The notes: generated from the sequence alone by a model not told the origin. A DNA stretch of 64,000 bases from an uncultured Campylobacterales bacterium (GCA_964443745.1 CAYUEN010000002.1:46140-110139); one strand, 5' to 3'; counted from the first letter of the stretch, positions 1-10,372 are shown. Numbers and translations are program-made.

Positions 1-800
1 CCCTCTCTTTGGGCAAGTTCGAAAAAGGGGGATATATCGTTGCGAGCGAAACATGCGCTTTCGAATTGGTGGGGGCGAAATTCGTGCGTGACGTGCGGCC
101 GGGAGAGATGCTGATCTTCGAAAAGGGAAAAGAGCCCGAATCGATTCAACTCTACGAACCCGATCCGCATCCGTGCGCTTTCGAATACATCTATTTCGCC
201 AGACCCGACAGCGTGATAGACGGCAAAAACGTCTATCAAAAACGTCTGCGTATGGGAAGAGAGCTGGCGATCGAGGATCCCGTCGATGCGGATATCGTGA
301 TTCCCGTTCCCGACAGCGGTGTGGCGGCCGCGTTGGGATATTCGCAGCAAAGCGGCATTCCCTTCGAAATGGGAATCGTGCGCAACCACTATGTCGGTAG
401 AACGTTCATCGAGCCTATACAGGAGATGCGCGATTTGAAGGTCAAACTCAAACTCTCTCCGATCCAATCGGTAATCGAAGGTAAGCGGGTCGTGATCATC
501 GACGATTCGCTGGTACGCGGAACCACCTCCAAACAGATCGTCAAAATACTCAAAGAAGCCGGGGCGAAAGAGGTCCATTTCAAACTCGCCTCCCCGGAGA
601 TCAGATTTCCCTGCCTTTACGGAATCGATACGCCCAGCAAAGCGGAGTTGATCAGCGCCAACAAAAGTCGTGAAGAGATTCAAGAGATGATCGGTGCCGA
701 TTCGCTCTCCTTTTTGAGTCTGGATGGGCTCAAAAAGAGCCTGGGAGAAGACCGCACCTACTCTCTGGTGAGTTTCGACGGAAACTACTTCATCAAATAG
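1..800 (+). CDS. purF: amidophosphoribosyltransferase, C-terminal ~265 aa (5' end lies outside the window)
   Basis: The ORF is open to the window edge. It has the type-I PRTase core with motif VVIIDDSLVRGTTS and FPCLYGID. Stop at 798-800. Confidence 0.9.
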   Translation, partial: LSLGKFEKGGYIVASETCAFELVGAKFVRDVRPGEMLIFEKGKEPESIQLYEPDPHPCAFEYIYFARPDSVIDGKNVYQKRLRMGRELAIEDPVDADIVIPVPDSGVAAALGYSQQSGIPFEMGIVRNHYVGRTFIEPIQEMRDLKVKLKLSPIQSVIEGKRVVIIDDSLVRGTTSKQIVKILKEAGAKEVHFKLASPEIRFPCLYGIDTPSKAELISANKSREEIQEMIGADSLSFLSLDGLKKSLGEDRTYSLVSFDGNYFIK

Positions 801-801
801 C

Positions 802-1761
802 GTGCGTGAAATATTGACCGCCGGAAGATATTTCCGGCGAAAATTTGGGTGCAGTGTCTATAAAACTCCGATTTCCATTATGGGATTTACCTGTCCCAAT
901 ATCGATGGCAGGGTCGCGAAGGGAGGGTGCAGCTTTTGTGAAAACGAATCTTTCAGCCCCAACCTCCAGCAGAAAGTTTCCAGGCGTTTCACCCTCAATC
1001 CGGATTCGGTCGAAAATCCCTATATAGAGGCTCAGTTGTCGCAGTTGGAACGCCAGTTTTTTCTCTCGAAAGCCAAACTTTCCAAAAAATTCGGCGCCCG
1101 GAAATTCATCGTCTATTTTCAGTCGTTTACCAATACCTATGCACCTTTTGAAACGCTCAAGACTCTTTATGAGCACGCCCTTTCGCTGGATGGTGTCGTC
1201 GGCTTGAGTATCGGTACGCGTGCCGATTCGGTAACGGAAGAGTTGTTGGTTTATCTCGATCGTCTCGGGAAAGATACGGAGATCTGGATCGAATATGGGA
1301 TCCAGAGCCTCTTTCAAGAGACACTGGACAGAATCAATCGCGGTGAAGATGTTGATAAGATGCTCTCTTGGATACGAAAGACCAAATCCTATCCCCATAT
1401 CAAACTCTGTGCCCATCTGATCTACGGGCTTCCGGGCGAGACGGAAGAGATGATGCTACGGACTCTGGAACGTGTAATAGAGCTAGAACCCGATGCATTG
1501 AAGATCCATCCGATGTATGTGACGGAAAATACCGCCCTGGCGATCGATTACCGAAAGGGGCGCTTTGTTCCCATTACGCTGGAAAGCTATACGAAGATGT
1601 TGATTCGGAGTTTCGAGTCGCTGCCCGAAGAGGTCATGATCCAGCGTATCACTGCCGGCATCAATGACGATTCGCTACTTGCACCCGGATGGTGCCGCTG
1701 CAAGCATACCCAGATGAAAGATATCGGAAAGGCTTTGAGAAGAGCCGGATTCGACTATTGA
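802..1761 (+). CDS. radical SAM protein, TIGR01212/YhcC-like family
   Basis: GTG start 1 nt after the purF stop. N-terminal GFTCPNIDGRVAKGGCSFC cluster motif and overall length (319 aa) are typical of this family. Confidence 0.8.
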   Translation: MREILTAGRYFRRKFGCSVYKTPISIMGFTCPNIDGRVAKGGCSFCENESFSPNLQQKVSRRFTLNPDSVENPYIEAQLSQLERQFFLSKAKLSKKFGARKFIVYFQSFTNTYAPFETLKTLYEHALSLDGVVGLSIGTRADSVTEELLVYLDRLGKDTEIWIEYGIQSLFQETLDRINRGEDVDKMLSWIRKTKSYPHIKLCAHLIYGLPGETEEMMLRTLERVIELEPDALKIHPMYVTENTALAIDYRKGRFVPITLESYTKMLIRSFESLPEEVMIQRITAGINDDSLLAPGWCRCKHTQMKDIGKALRRAGFDY

Positions 1762-1769
1762 GAGATGTC

Positions 1770-3080
1770 CTAGATGGTACAGTGGGCGGATATGGAGATT
1801 TCCACTCTGTTTCTTCCCTTCTCTTTCGCTTCGTAAAGTGCGATATCGGCCCTGTTGTAGACTTCGTCGAAAGTATCCGTTTCGTCGATTTGTGTGACGC
1901 CGAAGCTGGCGGTGACACGTCCTGCGAGTGGATGTATGGTCTCTTCGATCACTTTACGCAGCTTTTCCAGCGCGATTCTCGCCTGGCTGAGGTCGGTTTG
2001 CGTCAGCAAAATCACGAACTCCTCTCCACCCCACCTTGCGAAGGTATCGCTCTTGCGCATATTTTGTTCGATTGTCCGTGCGAATTGTTTGAGAATCTCA
2101 TCTCCGACTCTGTGGCCGAAGGTGTCGTTGACCCTTTTGAAGTGGTCGATATCCAATATCGCGAAACTCAGAGGGGTATGATAACGTTTTTGTTGTAACA
2201 TTTCGTAATGGATGACTTCATCCATTTTCTGGCGGTTGTAGGCACCGGTGAGTTTGTCGTGATAGGCGATATCCTCCATCCTGATCTTTTCGAGTGTCAT
2301 ATCGGTAATGTCGACGAAATTCCAGAGGTAGGTCTCCTGAACCTCGTCCAAGAGGGAAATCTTGATCAAAAATGTTTTGGGAGTGAAACTGCGAATATCG
2401 AGCATCGAAACGATTCTCTCGTGATGTGGCGTACGCAACAGCAGGTCGATGAAACTTTCGCCGGGAGCGCAAAGCCCGGAGTGGAGATAGTTTTTGTTTT
2501 TCACGAATGTCGAAGTGAGAGAGCGATGTATCGTGTAGAAGTTTTCCAGATCATGGCTCGCGAAAAATTCCAGAAACGTTTTATTGGCATAGTGGATCTG
2601 TTCCCGATCACGGATAATGATCATGTTGGGGTCTGTATCGATGATCTTCTGCAGTACGGCGTATTGCTGGGCACACTCTTTTTCGAAAAGGATCGTTTTA
2701 GCTTGCATTTGAAGCGTTTCGTCGAGTTGTCCACTATCGATCGGTTTGGTCAGATATCCTGTCACGTTTAGATGGATCGCATCGAGCAGATAGTGGCTCT
2801 CCTGGTGGGCGGACATGATGATGATCGGGATTTTCGGGTTTTGCTTGCGGATCTTTTCGATCATCTCCAATCCGTTCATGATCGGCATATTGATGTCGGT
2901 CAAAACGATATCGATCGACTCTTTTTCGAAAAGTTCCAACCCTTTGGCTCCATTTTCTCCCACGAATAGTTTGCGGACTCTTTTTTTGAGTCGCTTTTCG
3001 AAGATCGACCGGATCATCGGATCGTCTTCGACATAGAGGAGATTGATCCGTTTGAGGAGGTCGTTACGCAGCATAGGCAC
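1770..3080 (-). CDS. response regulator with REC, PAS-like and GGDEF domains (diguanylate cyclase)
   Basis: REC motifs are present (LLYVEDDP, DINMPIMNG, LTKP). A central PAS-like segment follows, then a GGDEF domain with intact GGEEF and an RxxD I-site (RKSD, five residues upstream). The start overlaps the 3' end of the upstream kinase gene. Confidence 0.85.
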   Translation of the reverse strand: MPMLRNDLLKRINLLYVEDDPMIRSIFEKRLKKRVRKLFVGENGAKGLELFEKESIDIVLTDINMPIMNGLEMIEKIRKQNPKIPIIIMSAHQESHYLLDAIHLNVTGYLTKPIDSGQLDETLQMQAKTILFEKECAQQYAVLQKIIDTDPNMIIIRDREQIHYANKTFLEFFASHDLENFYTIHRSLTSTFVKNKNYLHSGLCAPGESFIDLLLRTPHHERIVSMLDIRSFTPKTFLIKISLLDEVQETYLWNFVDITDMTLEKIRMEDIAYHDKLTGAYNRQKMDEVIHYEMLQQKRYHTPLSFAILDIDHFKRVNDTFGHRVGDEILKQFARTIEQNMRKSDTFARWGGEEFVILLTQTDLSQARIALEKLRKVIEETIHPLAGRVTASFGVTQIDETDTFDEVYNRADIALYEAKEKGRNRVEISISAHCTI

Positions 3081-4269
3081 TCCTTACGGTGATGAGAAAA
3101 CATGCGCCTTCGTCGCTGTTTTTGCACAAGAGGCTTCCACCCAGACTCTCATGAATGATCATGCGTGACATATACAGTCCCAGACCGGTTCCCTGTTCTG
3201 GTCCTTTGGTCGTGAAGTAGGGATCGAAGATCCGGTCGATGATCTCCTCGGGAATTCCGCCGGCATTGTCGCATATCTGTATGATACCTCCCTCCGTCTC
3301 CTTGCGGAAAGATAGACGGATATATCCATCCTCGACAGCGCGTGCGATCAGGGCGTCTTTGGCGTTGTTGACGATATTGATGATCACTTGCTGGAATTCG
3401 CTCGCATGGCCGATAATTTCGAACTCCTCCCCTTCGAAGAGGATACGGATGTCGTGTGCGGAGAGCTGTTGGTCGAGTATGGCGGTGATCTGCATCGATT
3501 TTTCTTTTACCTTGAATCGCTCTTTCGCCTTGTCTATCCGAAAAAAGTTTCGAAAATCGTCGATCGTTTGGGACATATAGGTGATCAACTGCATGTTTGT
3601 CCGGGTAAAACTACGGATGAATTCCAGGTCGATCGACCCCTCCTCGTAATCCTCCTCCAAGAATTGTATGTTGAGTGCGAGTGCGTTTAGAGGCTGGCGC
3701 CACTGGTGGGCGATAGCCGAGATCATCTCCCCCATCGCGGCGAGCCTGGACTGGACCATCAGCATTTTGTCCTTTTCGAGATTCTTCCGCACCTCTTCTC
3801 GTACTTTCGATTCCAGAGAGTCTTTGTAGCGCTGGAGCTCTTCGAGTGTGGATGAGAGTTTTTGGTTGATTTCCGAGAGGGGAGTCTGGTCGTAGATATA
3901 GAGGCAGACCAGTTTTTGTTTTTGATCGTAGGGGACGATCGTGACATTTTGTTGCATACTCTCGAACGTATTGTCGGTAATGGCGGTGAGTTTGATATCG
4001 ATTAGATAGTGGTGAGGATCTACGCTGTAGAAAGTCGGGGTATTGAGCAACAGGGCGGATTTGATTTTGCGTTTGAGTTTTTGAGTCTGTATGTAGGGGA
4101 AGAGTTCCGAAAGGTTTCTTCCGACGATATCGTGAGCGGGAATTTTGGTATGGAATTCGAGCCATCGGTTCCAGAAGAGAACATGGAGGGAGTCATCCAG
4201 GATAATGATACCGTTGTCGATAGTTTCGAGAATCTCCTGTGGTCGGATAAGCGTGGGATTAAAACTCAT
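3064..4269 (-). CDS. soluble PAS-domain sensor histidine kinase
   Basis: PAS-like N-terminus with no TM helix. H-box AHQWRQPLNAL, N-box NIVNNAKDAL, G-boxes DNAGGI and GTGLGLY. The chosen ATG at 4269 lies inside the last codons of the cheC-like gene; the first ORF Met at 4317 is also possible. Confidence 0.85.
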   Translation of the reverse strand: MSFNPTLIRPQEILETIDNGIIILDDSLHVLFWNRWLEFHTKIPAHDIVGRNLSELFPYIQTQKLKRKIKSALLLNTPTFYSVDPHHYLIDIKLTAITDNTFESMQQNVTIVPYDQKQKLVCLYIYDQTPLSEINQKLSSTLEELQRYKDSLESKVREEVRKNLEKDKMLMVQSRLAAMGEMISAIAHQWRQPLNALALNIQFLEEDYEEGSIDLEFIRSFTRTNMQLITYMSQTIDDFRNFFRIDKAKERFKVKEKSMQITAILDQQLSAHDIRILFEGEEFEIIGHASEFQQVIINIVNNAKDALIARAVEDGYIRLSFRKETEGGIIQICDNAGGIPEEIIDRIFDPYFTTKGPEQGTGLGLYMSRMIIHESLGGSLLCKNSDEGACFLITVRSAYAA

Positions 4270-4891
4270 CCAGCAATTCCTGCAATCGCTCTTTGATCCA
4301 GAGGATCGAGTCATCATGTGTCAGCAGAATCAAGACGCCCTGGATTTTCTGTGTTTCGAACTCCAGCTCCGTGGAGATGATGATCAGTTGTTCGTACCCT
4401 TTGACCAGAGACCGATCGATTTGGGAGAGGGTGGCGATTTGGCGGATCGTGGGAGGGTTGAAAGCTACGCTGGAGTTGAGTTGTTCAGAAAACTTGCCTA
4501 TCGTGGCGGCTGAGAGGATATTGGTGATTTCCAGTACGATTTCCCTGCATTCGTCATCTTCGTCACCCGCACCGTTGGATGTGTTGAAAGCGAGCATGAG
4601 GTTGTGGGCCGAAGCGGCGTCGATAATGAAGAGACTCTCTCCCGCAATCTCTCCGCTGATGATCTGTCTGGAGATGTAGTGAGGTCGATGGGTTTGAACG
4701 TTTTTTTCGAGATAAGTTCCTAGTTCCATAGTGGAGATGATATCGATATGGGGTATCTTCAATGTCGCGAAAGCGTCTATGATTTCACTGATGGCCGCCG
4801 TGGCGGTACCGTATGCGATATTCATCATCTCCTGCAGACAATCCTTCTCGTCTTCGCTCAAATGGGGCGAGACGAGCGTCTTTTCAGCCAT
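4259..4891 (-). CDS. CheC-like CheY-P phosphatase
   Basis: Both CheC active-site signatures are present: DCLQEMMN-X22-P and EIVLEITN-X22-P, i.e. (D/S/E)-X3-E-X2-N-X22-P. ATG at 4891 sits 1 nt after the cheY-like stop (4893-4895). Confidence 0.7.
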   Translation of the reverse strand: MAEKTLVSPHLSEDEKDCLQEMMNIAYGTATAAISEIIDAFATLKIPHIDIISTMELGTYLEKNVQTHRPHYISRQIISGEIAGESLFIIDAASAHNLMLAFNTSNGAGDEDDECREIVLEITNILSAATIGKFSEQLNSSVAFNPPTIRQIATLSQIDRSLVKGYEQLIIISTELEFETQKIQGVLILLTHDDSILWIKERLQELLDEF

Positions 4892-4892
4892 T

Positions 4893-5267
4893 TTACGCTT
4901 CCTGATGGATGTGTTGTTCGAAGATCTCTTCCATTTTGGCGGCATCGATCGGTTTTTTGACGAATTGGAGTGCACCGCTTGCAAGTGCCTTTTCAACGGC
5001 ACCTTGCTGGATATCCGCACTGAGAATCACGACACGTGCTTCGCTATCGAAATTTCTGATCTGTTCGAGTGCCTCGAATCCATCCATTACAGGCATTGTC
5101 AGATCCATAAATACAAAATCGGGTTCGTATTCGCGATAGAGGGCGACGGCGTCGGCTCCGTCGCAAGCTTGAATCACCGAATCCCTATCTTCGTCGATAT
5201 ATTTTTTCAATGCCCGGAGTACCATTTTGCGTGCCATACGGGAATCGTCCACCACCATATATGTCAT
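4893..5267 (-). CDS. single-domain CheY-like response regulator
   Basis: 124 aa with a complete REC signature: VVDDS, FMDLTMPVMDG, ILSAD, VKKP. Confidence 0.85.
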   Translation of the reverse strand: MTYMVVDDSRMARKMVLRALKKYIDEDRDSVIQACDGADAVALYREYEPDFVFMDLTMPVMDGFEALEQIRNFDSEARVVILSADIQQGAVEKALASGALQFVKKPIDAAKMEEIFEQHIHQEA

Positions 5268-5323
5268 AAACCCTCCTTATACGCTTCTATATAGGAGTAG
5301 TATCGACGGGAGTGGGGAATTGT

Positions 5324-6151
5324 TTAGGAGTTGCGAGTACGGCGGTATTTGAAAGAGAGATAGATCCAGGCGGCGACTCCGACCCAGAGCATCATCAGAG
5401 AAAACTCCTGTCCTCTCGTCATCCAGCCGCAACAGATATAGCCCAGCTGAGGATCGGGAGCTCTGAAAAATTCGGCGATGAAGCGGGCGAGACCGTACAA
5501 AATCGCATAGAGAGAGATCAACTCTCCATTAAAACGCTTGCGTTTCCTATAGAGAAACAGAACGACGAACACCACGATCCCCTCGGCGAACGCTTCGTAA
5601 AGTTGGGAAGGGTGGCGCAGTATGCCATCCACATAGATGCCCCAAGGAACGTCGGTGACTCTTCCCACGAGTTCCTGGTTGAGGAAGTTTCCGATCCGTC
5701 CGAAGAGATATCCGGCAGGAACCGCGATCGCAGCGATGTCGAGCATAAACCACTGGTTTACCCTGTGACGTCTGCAAAAAATCGTGGAAGCGATGATGAA
5801 CCCCAGTATCGCCCCATGGTAGGACATTCCTCGAATTCCGACGAATTCTCCGTTTTTGAATGGGTTGAAAATCTCCCAAGGATGCGATAGGTACCACAGA
5901 GCGTGGGGATCGTAAAAGAGGATATAGCCAAGTCTGGCCCCCACAATCACGCCGATTTCCACCCAGACGATATAGTTGTCCAGCAACTCCTGGGAAATCG
6001 GAAGCGCGTCTTTTTTGACGATCCATTTGGCGACCATGACTCCCACGACGAGTGCGAGTACGTACATGATACCATACCAGTGTACTTGAAGTCCGAAAAG
6101 ATCGAACGCTACGGGATCGAATTGTGTATAGATATGGTTCCAATGGTTCAT
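5324..6151 (-). CDS. lgt: prolipoprotein diacylglyceryl transferase
   Basis: Polytopic membrane protein with Lgt motifs [21 protein letters not shown] and [10 protein letters not shown] at 6151 forms an ATGA overlap with the upstream gene's stop, so the longer ORF (to 6376) is rejected. Confidence 0.9.
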   Translation of the reverse strand: MNHWNHIYTQFDPVAFDLFGLQVHWYGIMYVLALVVGVMVAKWIVKKDALPISQELLDNYIVWVEIGVIVGARLGYILFYDPHALWYLSHPWEIFNPFKNGEFVGIRGMSYHGAILGFIIASTIFCRRHRVNQWFMLDIAAIAVPAGYLFGRIGNFLNQELVGRVTDVPWGIYVDGILRHPSQLYEAFAEGIVVFVVLFLYRKRKRFNGELISLYAILYGLARFIAEFFRAPDPQLGYICCGWMTRGQEFSLMMLWVGVAAWIYLSFKYRRTRNS

Positions 6152-7437
6152 TTTGCCTCTTTGAGCGCTTTGGCGATCAGTTCGAGAGGATTTTTGAAGA
6201 TCGCTTTCGAGCCTTTGAGTCCGAGCGCGTTGGTGATCTGCATACGGCAAGCACTGCATTCGGAGGAGACGATCGAAGCCCCCGTCTCCTCTATCATCGC
6301 CGCTTTGGGCAAGCCCGCCGCACGTGCGAGATGATACTTTTCGCTCTGTATCGTCACGCCTCCGAAACCGCAGCATCTATTCGGATCGCTCATCTCCGTC
6401 AGGATGTAGTTTTTTGCGATCAACTCTCTGGGTTCCCGGAAGATTCCCTGCATCTTTCTCGCATGACAGGGATCATGATAGGTGATTTTTTCGTCGTAAA
6501 CCGCCCCTTTTCGATCGAGTCGCTCTTGAAGGTCGGTATGTTTTCGGAGCCATTCGGTCGCCATGAAGATTTTGTCGTTGAGCTTCATCGCACGCGCTTT
6601 CCATTCGGGACGGTCATGAAAGAAGTGGGGATAGTCGATTTTGATCATCGCCGAACAGGTGGCTTCGGGGATGATGATGGCGTCGAGATCTTCGATAAAG
6701 CTTTCGAAATATTCGATGTTGTGCCTGGCCAGGTAGTCGACCGTATCGAAATCCCCCGTAAAGTAGGCGGGTGCGCCGCAACAGAGCTGCTTTTTGATCA
6801 GATAGACGTCGATTTCCAGTTCATGCAGTATCTGCAGGAGAGACTCTCCGATATCGGTGTAGGCATAGTTGGCCAGGCAGCCGATGAAGATACCCACTTT
6901 GCCTTTGCCGCCGTTTTCGATCACGTCCGGATGGGAGTTGAGGAAAGTCGACGACTTGGCGGAAGGCAGCAGCCGCTCCTTCTTGATCAGGGGGAGGGAG
7001 AATCTAGGCTGCATCGCCTCCCGTTCGGCTTCGATCCTGAAACCGCAGGTTTGAAACAGATATCCCATTTTCGCGAGCCAATCCATCGCTTTTCTATGTC
7101 TGAGAAGAAAGAAAAAAGCCTTTTTATACCATGCAAGACCATATTTTTTTCGGATATCGTTGCGTACCTGTTCGATGACCATATCGACCGGCAGGTCGTT
7201 GGGACAGACGTCGACGCAGTTGGTACAGAGAAAACAGCTTTCAAAAATATCCTTGGCGTTTTTGTCGAGGGGGAGCTCTCCGCGCCCATAGGCGCCCAAA
7301 AGGTCCAGAAATCCTCTGGGAGAGGTGGTTTCGTCCGGATGGACGCTGTGGATCGTGCAGGTGGGGATACACTTTCCGCACTTGATGCAATCGTCCGTGA
7401 TTTGGGTGAAGTCGAAAGCTCGGCGTTGCGGATTCAT
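6148..7437 (-). CDS. (Fe-S)-binding oxidoreductase with two 4Fe-4S ferredoxin motifs and CCG domains (GlpC/GlcF/HdrD-like)
   Basis: [14 protein letters not shown] and [13 protein letters not shown] cluster motifs. C-terminal cysteine-rich CCG repeats (LCCGAP, RCCGFGG). Confidence 0.75.
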   Translation of the reverse strand: MNPQRRAFDFTQITDDCIKCGKCIPTCTIHSVHPDETTSPRGFLDLLGAYGRGELPLDKNAKDIFESCFLCTNCVDVCPNDLPVDMVIEQVRNDIRKKYGLAWYKKAFFFLLRHRKAMDWLAKMGYLFQTCGFRIEAEREAMQPRFSLPLIKKERLLPSAKSSTFLNSHPDVIENGGKGKVGIFIGCLANYAYTDIGESLLQILHELEIDVYLIKKQLCCGAPAYFTGDFDTVDYLARHNIEYFESFIEDLDAIIIPEATCSAMIKIDYPHFFHDRPEWKARAMKLNDKIFMATEWLRKHTDLQERLDRKGAVYDEKITYHDPCHARKMQGIFREPRELIAKNYILTEMSDPNRCCGFGGVTIQSEKYHLARAAGLPKAAMIEETGASIVSSECSACRMQITNALGLKGSKAIFKNPLELIAKALKEAK

Positions 7438-7440
7438 CTT

Positions 7441-8808
7441 CTATACCGTTTTGGAGAAGCGGCGTTTGTTTTCGGGGATCTTCTTCAAGTAGGCATCGAA
7501 CGCCATCGCGATATTTCGGATCAACAGTGTGCCGGTGGGAGATACGGTGATCGCATCGACACTGATCTGCAGCAACTCTTCGTCCTGAAAGGTCTGCAAC
7601 TCCTCCAGCGCTTCCGAGAAGTATTTGGCGAAATTGATTCCGAAACGTTTTTCCGTACGGGGAATATCGAGTTTGAAATTGCTCATCAACTCCATGATGA
7701 CATAGTTGCGGATTTTGTCGTCTTCGGTCAGTTTGATACCTCTTTGTACGGGCAGTCTTCCCGCTTCCAGCGCCGCTTCGTAGTCGCGCATCTCTTTGTG
7801 GTTTTGGACGTAGTAGTCTTCTCCTTCGCCGATACTCGTCAGCCCTACGCCGATCAGGTCCGCTCCCCCTTTGGTGGTGTATCCCTGGAAGTTGCGGTGC
7901 AATTCTCCCTTTTCGATCGCTTTGAAGAGTTCGTCTTCCGGTTTGGCGAAGTGGTCCATGCCGATCATTTTGTAGCCGTGATTTTCGAAGAAATCGATCG
8001 TGTATTTGAGAATCTCCAGTTTCGTTTCGGGTTTGGGGAGGGTCGTTTCGTCGATCTTGCGCATCGTCTTTTTCATCCAGGGCACATGCGCGTAGTTGAA
8101 GACGGCATATCGGTCCGCGTCGAGTTCGCGTGCGAGTTGGAGCGTCTTTTTGAAGGTTTCGAATGTTTGGTAGGGCAGTCCGTAGATCAGATCGACGTTG
8201 ACCGACTCCACGCCCGCTTCCCGGGCGACGTCGATCGCTCTTTTGGTCATATCAAACGGCTGGATTCGGTGTATCGCCTGCTGCACCCTCGGATCGAAAT
8301 CCTGCACACCGAAACTGATCCTGTTGAAGCCGCCCTCTTTGAGTACCTCCATCTGCGACTCCGTGAAAAATCGCGGATCGATTTCGCAGCTAAGCTCGGC
8401 GTCGGGGGCGAAACGGCTAAAGCGTGCACGGATCATCCGAATGAGGCGTTCGAGCTGTTTGGCATCGAAAAAGGTGGGCGTACCTCCGCCGAAATGGAGT
8501 TGAATCACCTCTCTGGAAACGTCCAGATGTTTAACGAGAAGATCGAGTTCCTTTTCGAGATAACCCAGATAACGCTCTTTTTTCTCCTCTTTGGAGGTGT
8601 AGACGACATTGCACCCGCAAAAATAACAGGCGCTTCTGCAAAACGGAAGGTGAAAATAGAGCGAAAGAGGACGCTCTCTTTTTTGCTTTTCCAGTTCGGC
8701 GACGTAGGTGTCGGCATCGAAAGATTCATCAAACTCCAATGCGGTGGGATAGCTGGTGTATCTGGGGCCGGGTTTCGAATATTTGGTGAATTTGTTGAAA
8801 TCGATCAT
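7441..8808 (-). CDS. hemN: oxygen-independent coproporphyrinogen III oxidase (radical SAM)
   Basis: YTSYPTA N-terminal motif, radical-SAM CRSACYFCGC, 455 aa. HemN-like throughout. Confidence 0.92.
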   Translation of the reverse strand: MIDFNKFTKYSKPGPRYTSYPTALEFDESFDADTYVAELEKQKRERPLSLYFHLPFCRSACYFCGCNVVYTSKEEKKERYLGYLEKELDLLVKHLDVSREVIQLHFGGGTPTFFDAKQLERLIRMIRARFSRFAPDAELSCEIDPRFFTESQMEVLKEGGFNRISFGVQDFDPRVQQAIHRIQPFDMTKRAIDVAREAGVESVNVDLIYGLPYQTFETFKKTLQLARELDADRYAVFNYAHVPWMKKTMRKIDETTLPKPETKLEILKYTIDFFENHGYKMIGMDHFAKPEDELFKAIEKGELHRNFQGYTTKGGADLIGVGLTSIGEGEDYYVQNHKEMRDYEAALEAGRLPVQRGIKLTEDDKIRNYVIMELMSNFKLDIPRTEKRFGINFAKYFSEALEELQTFQDEELLQISVDAITVSPTGTLLIRNIAMAFDAYLKKIPENKRRFSKTV

Positions 8809-8814
8809 TTTCCC

Positions 8815-9330
8815 TCAGCCTTCGTTGCCCAACATCGGGTGGTGTGCGTAGAGATCCTTCAGGTTGATGAAGAGGTTGGGATGCTCTTTTTTGATATCGC
8901 GGATCAATTTGTCCAGATCGATACTGATGGGCTTGTTGCCTTTTTGCGATTGTGTCAGTTTCTTGATCTGATCCATCGCCACGACCCAGACATCTTCGAA
9001 GTCGGCCGGAACATGCTGCCAGATGGTCTTTTCGAGTTTGAGGTTGAAATTTTCCGTCTGGGCCGCTTTGAGCGCGTTGACGATCTGTGCGAAAGTGTCC
9101 GCGGGGATGAAGGCGTAGGCGCGCTTTCCGTCCTCCGCGTCGATCGCGAACATCGGTTTGTCGTCTCCCCACTCTCCGCTTTTGAGGATCAGCTGTTTGA
9201 TATGGGGATCCTCGGTATTTTTGATCTCCAGGATCGTCTTTTCGCCGTTTTTGAAACCCAGACTTTCGGAAAGCGCGTTGATTTTTTTGATCAAGTCGGT
9301 ATGGTTGTTTTCGTTCTCTTTGTCGCTCAT
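8815..9330 (-). CDS. hypothetical protein (possibly the UPF0763/DUF2603 family of epsilonproteobacteria)
   Basis: 171-aa soluble ORF. ATGA overlap with the argF stop, and it ends 6 nt before hemN. The family call is from recollection only. Confidence 0.5.
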   Translation of the reverse strand: MSDKENENNHTDLIKKINALSESLGFKNGEKTILEIKNTEDPHIKQLILKSGEWGDDKPMFAIDAEDGKRAYAFIPADTFAQIVNALKAAQTENFNLKLEKTIWQHVPADFEDVWVVAMDQIKKLTQSQKGNKPISIDLDKLIRDIKKEHPNLFINLKDLYAHHPMLGNEG

Positions 9331-10256
9331 CGTTTTCTCCTTTGCTGATCGAGCCAGACCATGATGCCTTTTTGGGCATGAAGCCTGTTTTCCGCTTCGT
9401 CGAATATCACGCTCTGGGGTCCTTCCAGAACCGCTTCGCTCACTTCGTATCCACGATACGCCGGCAGGCAGTGAAGGAAAATCGCATCCTTTTTGGCCTC
9501 TTTCATCATCGCTTCGTCCACTTCGTAGCCTTTGAAATCCTTGACTCTGCGCTCTTTCTCCCGCTCCTGCCCCATCGAGATCCAGGTATCGGTCGTCACG
9601 ACGTCGCAGCCGCCGACGGCGAGTCTGGGATCGTCCGTGATCAGGATCTTCGCGCCGCTTTCTTTGGCCATCTCCAGGGCGCTTTCGAGTACGCCCGGAT
9701 CGACTTCGTATCCCTTCGGAGTGGCGATGCGAAGCTCGAATCCGAGTCGGGACGCCATCATAAGCCAGGAGTGCGCCATGTTGTTGCCGTCGCCGATGTA
9801 GGCGACGACTGGATTTTCTCCTTTGCCGTATTCGATCATCGTCATATAGTCTGCCATCAATTGTACAGGATGATAGCTGTCAGTCAGCCCGTTGATCACC
9901 GGTATGTCGGCATATATGGCGAACTCTTCGAGTTTGGCCTGTGAAAAGGTGCGGATCATCACCATGTCCACCATTCGGGAGAGGACTCTGGAGGTGTCTT
10001 TCATCGGTTCACCCCGGCCAAGCTGGATATCGTCGGAGGAGAGAAAGAGAGCATGGCCTCCAAGCTGATACATTCCCACTTCAAAACTGACGCGTGTACG
10101 GGTACTCGATTTTTCGAAGATCATTCCCAGTGTCTGCTCTTTGAGATAGGGGTGGTGTGTACCCGCTTTCGTTTCGTTCTTGATTTTGAAAGCCAGGTCG
10201 ATGATCTCCTGGATTTCGGATTTTTCGTAGTCTTGAAGCGTCAGAAAATGTCTCAC
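9327..10256 (-). CDS. argF: ornithine carbamoyltransferase
   Basis: STRTRVSFE carbamoyl-phosphate motif, HPVQ, HCLPA. Confidence 0.92.
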   Translation of the reverse strand: MRHFLTLQDYEKSEIQEIIDLAFKIKNETKAGTHHPYLKEQTLGMIFEKSSTRTRVSFEVGMYQLGGHALFLSSDDIQLGRGEPMKDTSRVLSRMVDMVMIRTFSQAKLEEFAIYADIPVINGLTDSYHPVQLMADYMTMIEYGKGENPVVAYIGDGNNMAHSWLMMASRLGFELRIATPKGYEVDPGVLESALEMAKESGAKILITDDPRLAVGGCDVVTTDTWISMGQEREKERRVKDFKGYEVDEAMMKEAKKDAIFLHCLPAYRGYEVSEAVLEGPQSVIFDEAENRLHAQKGIMVWLDQQRRKR

Positions 10257-10341
10257 CTTGTCGTCCTTACATTAAAAAAAGAGATATTTTAGCGAAAAAG
10301 TGCCTAAATGACAAATCCCTGAATAGAGCGGAGAGACGGTA

Positions 10342-10365
10342 GGGTCCGCACAGATGTGCGGACCC
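10342..10365 (-). terminator. perfect 10-bp stem / 4-nt loop hairpin just 3' of the membrane-protein gene
   Basis: GGGTCCGCAC-AGAT-GTGCGGACCC, 8 nt after the stop at 10373. There is no clear U-tract, so function as an intrinsic terminator is uncertain. Confidence 0.45.
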
Positions 10366-10372
10366 CAGAGGG

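Noticed and set aside
802-1761. The radical-SAM gene as the missing partner of the AMMECR1 protein (AmmeMemoRadiSam system).
   Set aside because: It lies 39 kb away, belongs by motif to the TIGR01212/YhcC type rather than the AmmeMemoRadiSam activase type, and no Memo-like gene is present in the window.
6124-9348. A 1074-aa ORF on the + strand, the second-longest ORF in the window.
   Set aside because: It runs antisense across three well-supported minus-strand genes (the Fe-S protein, hemN, the DUF2603-like ORF) and across their junctions. Its translation is F/E/D/R/G-rich low-information sequence with no motifs. It is explained by codon usage that avoids TTA, CTA and TCA, which keeps the antisense frame free of stops.
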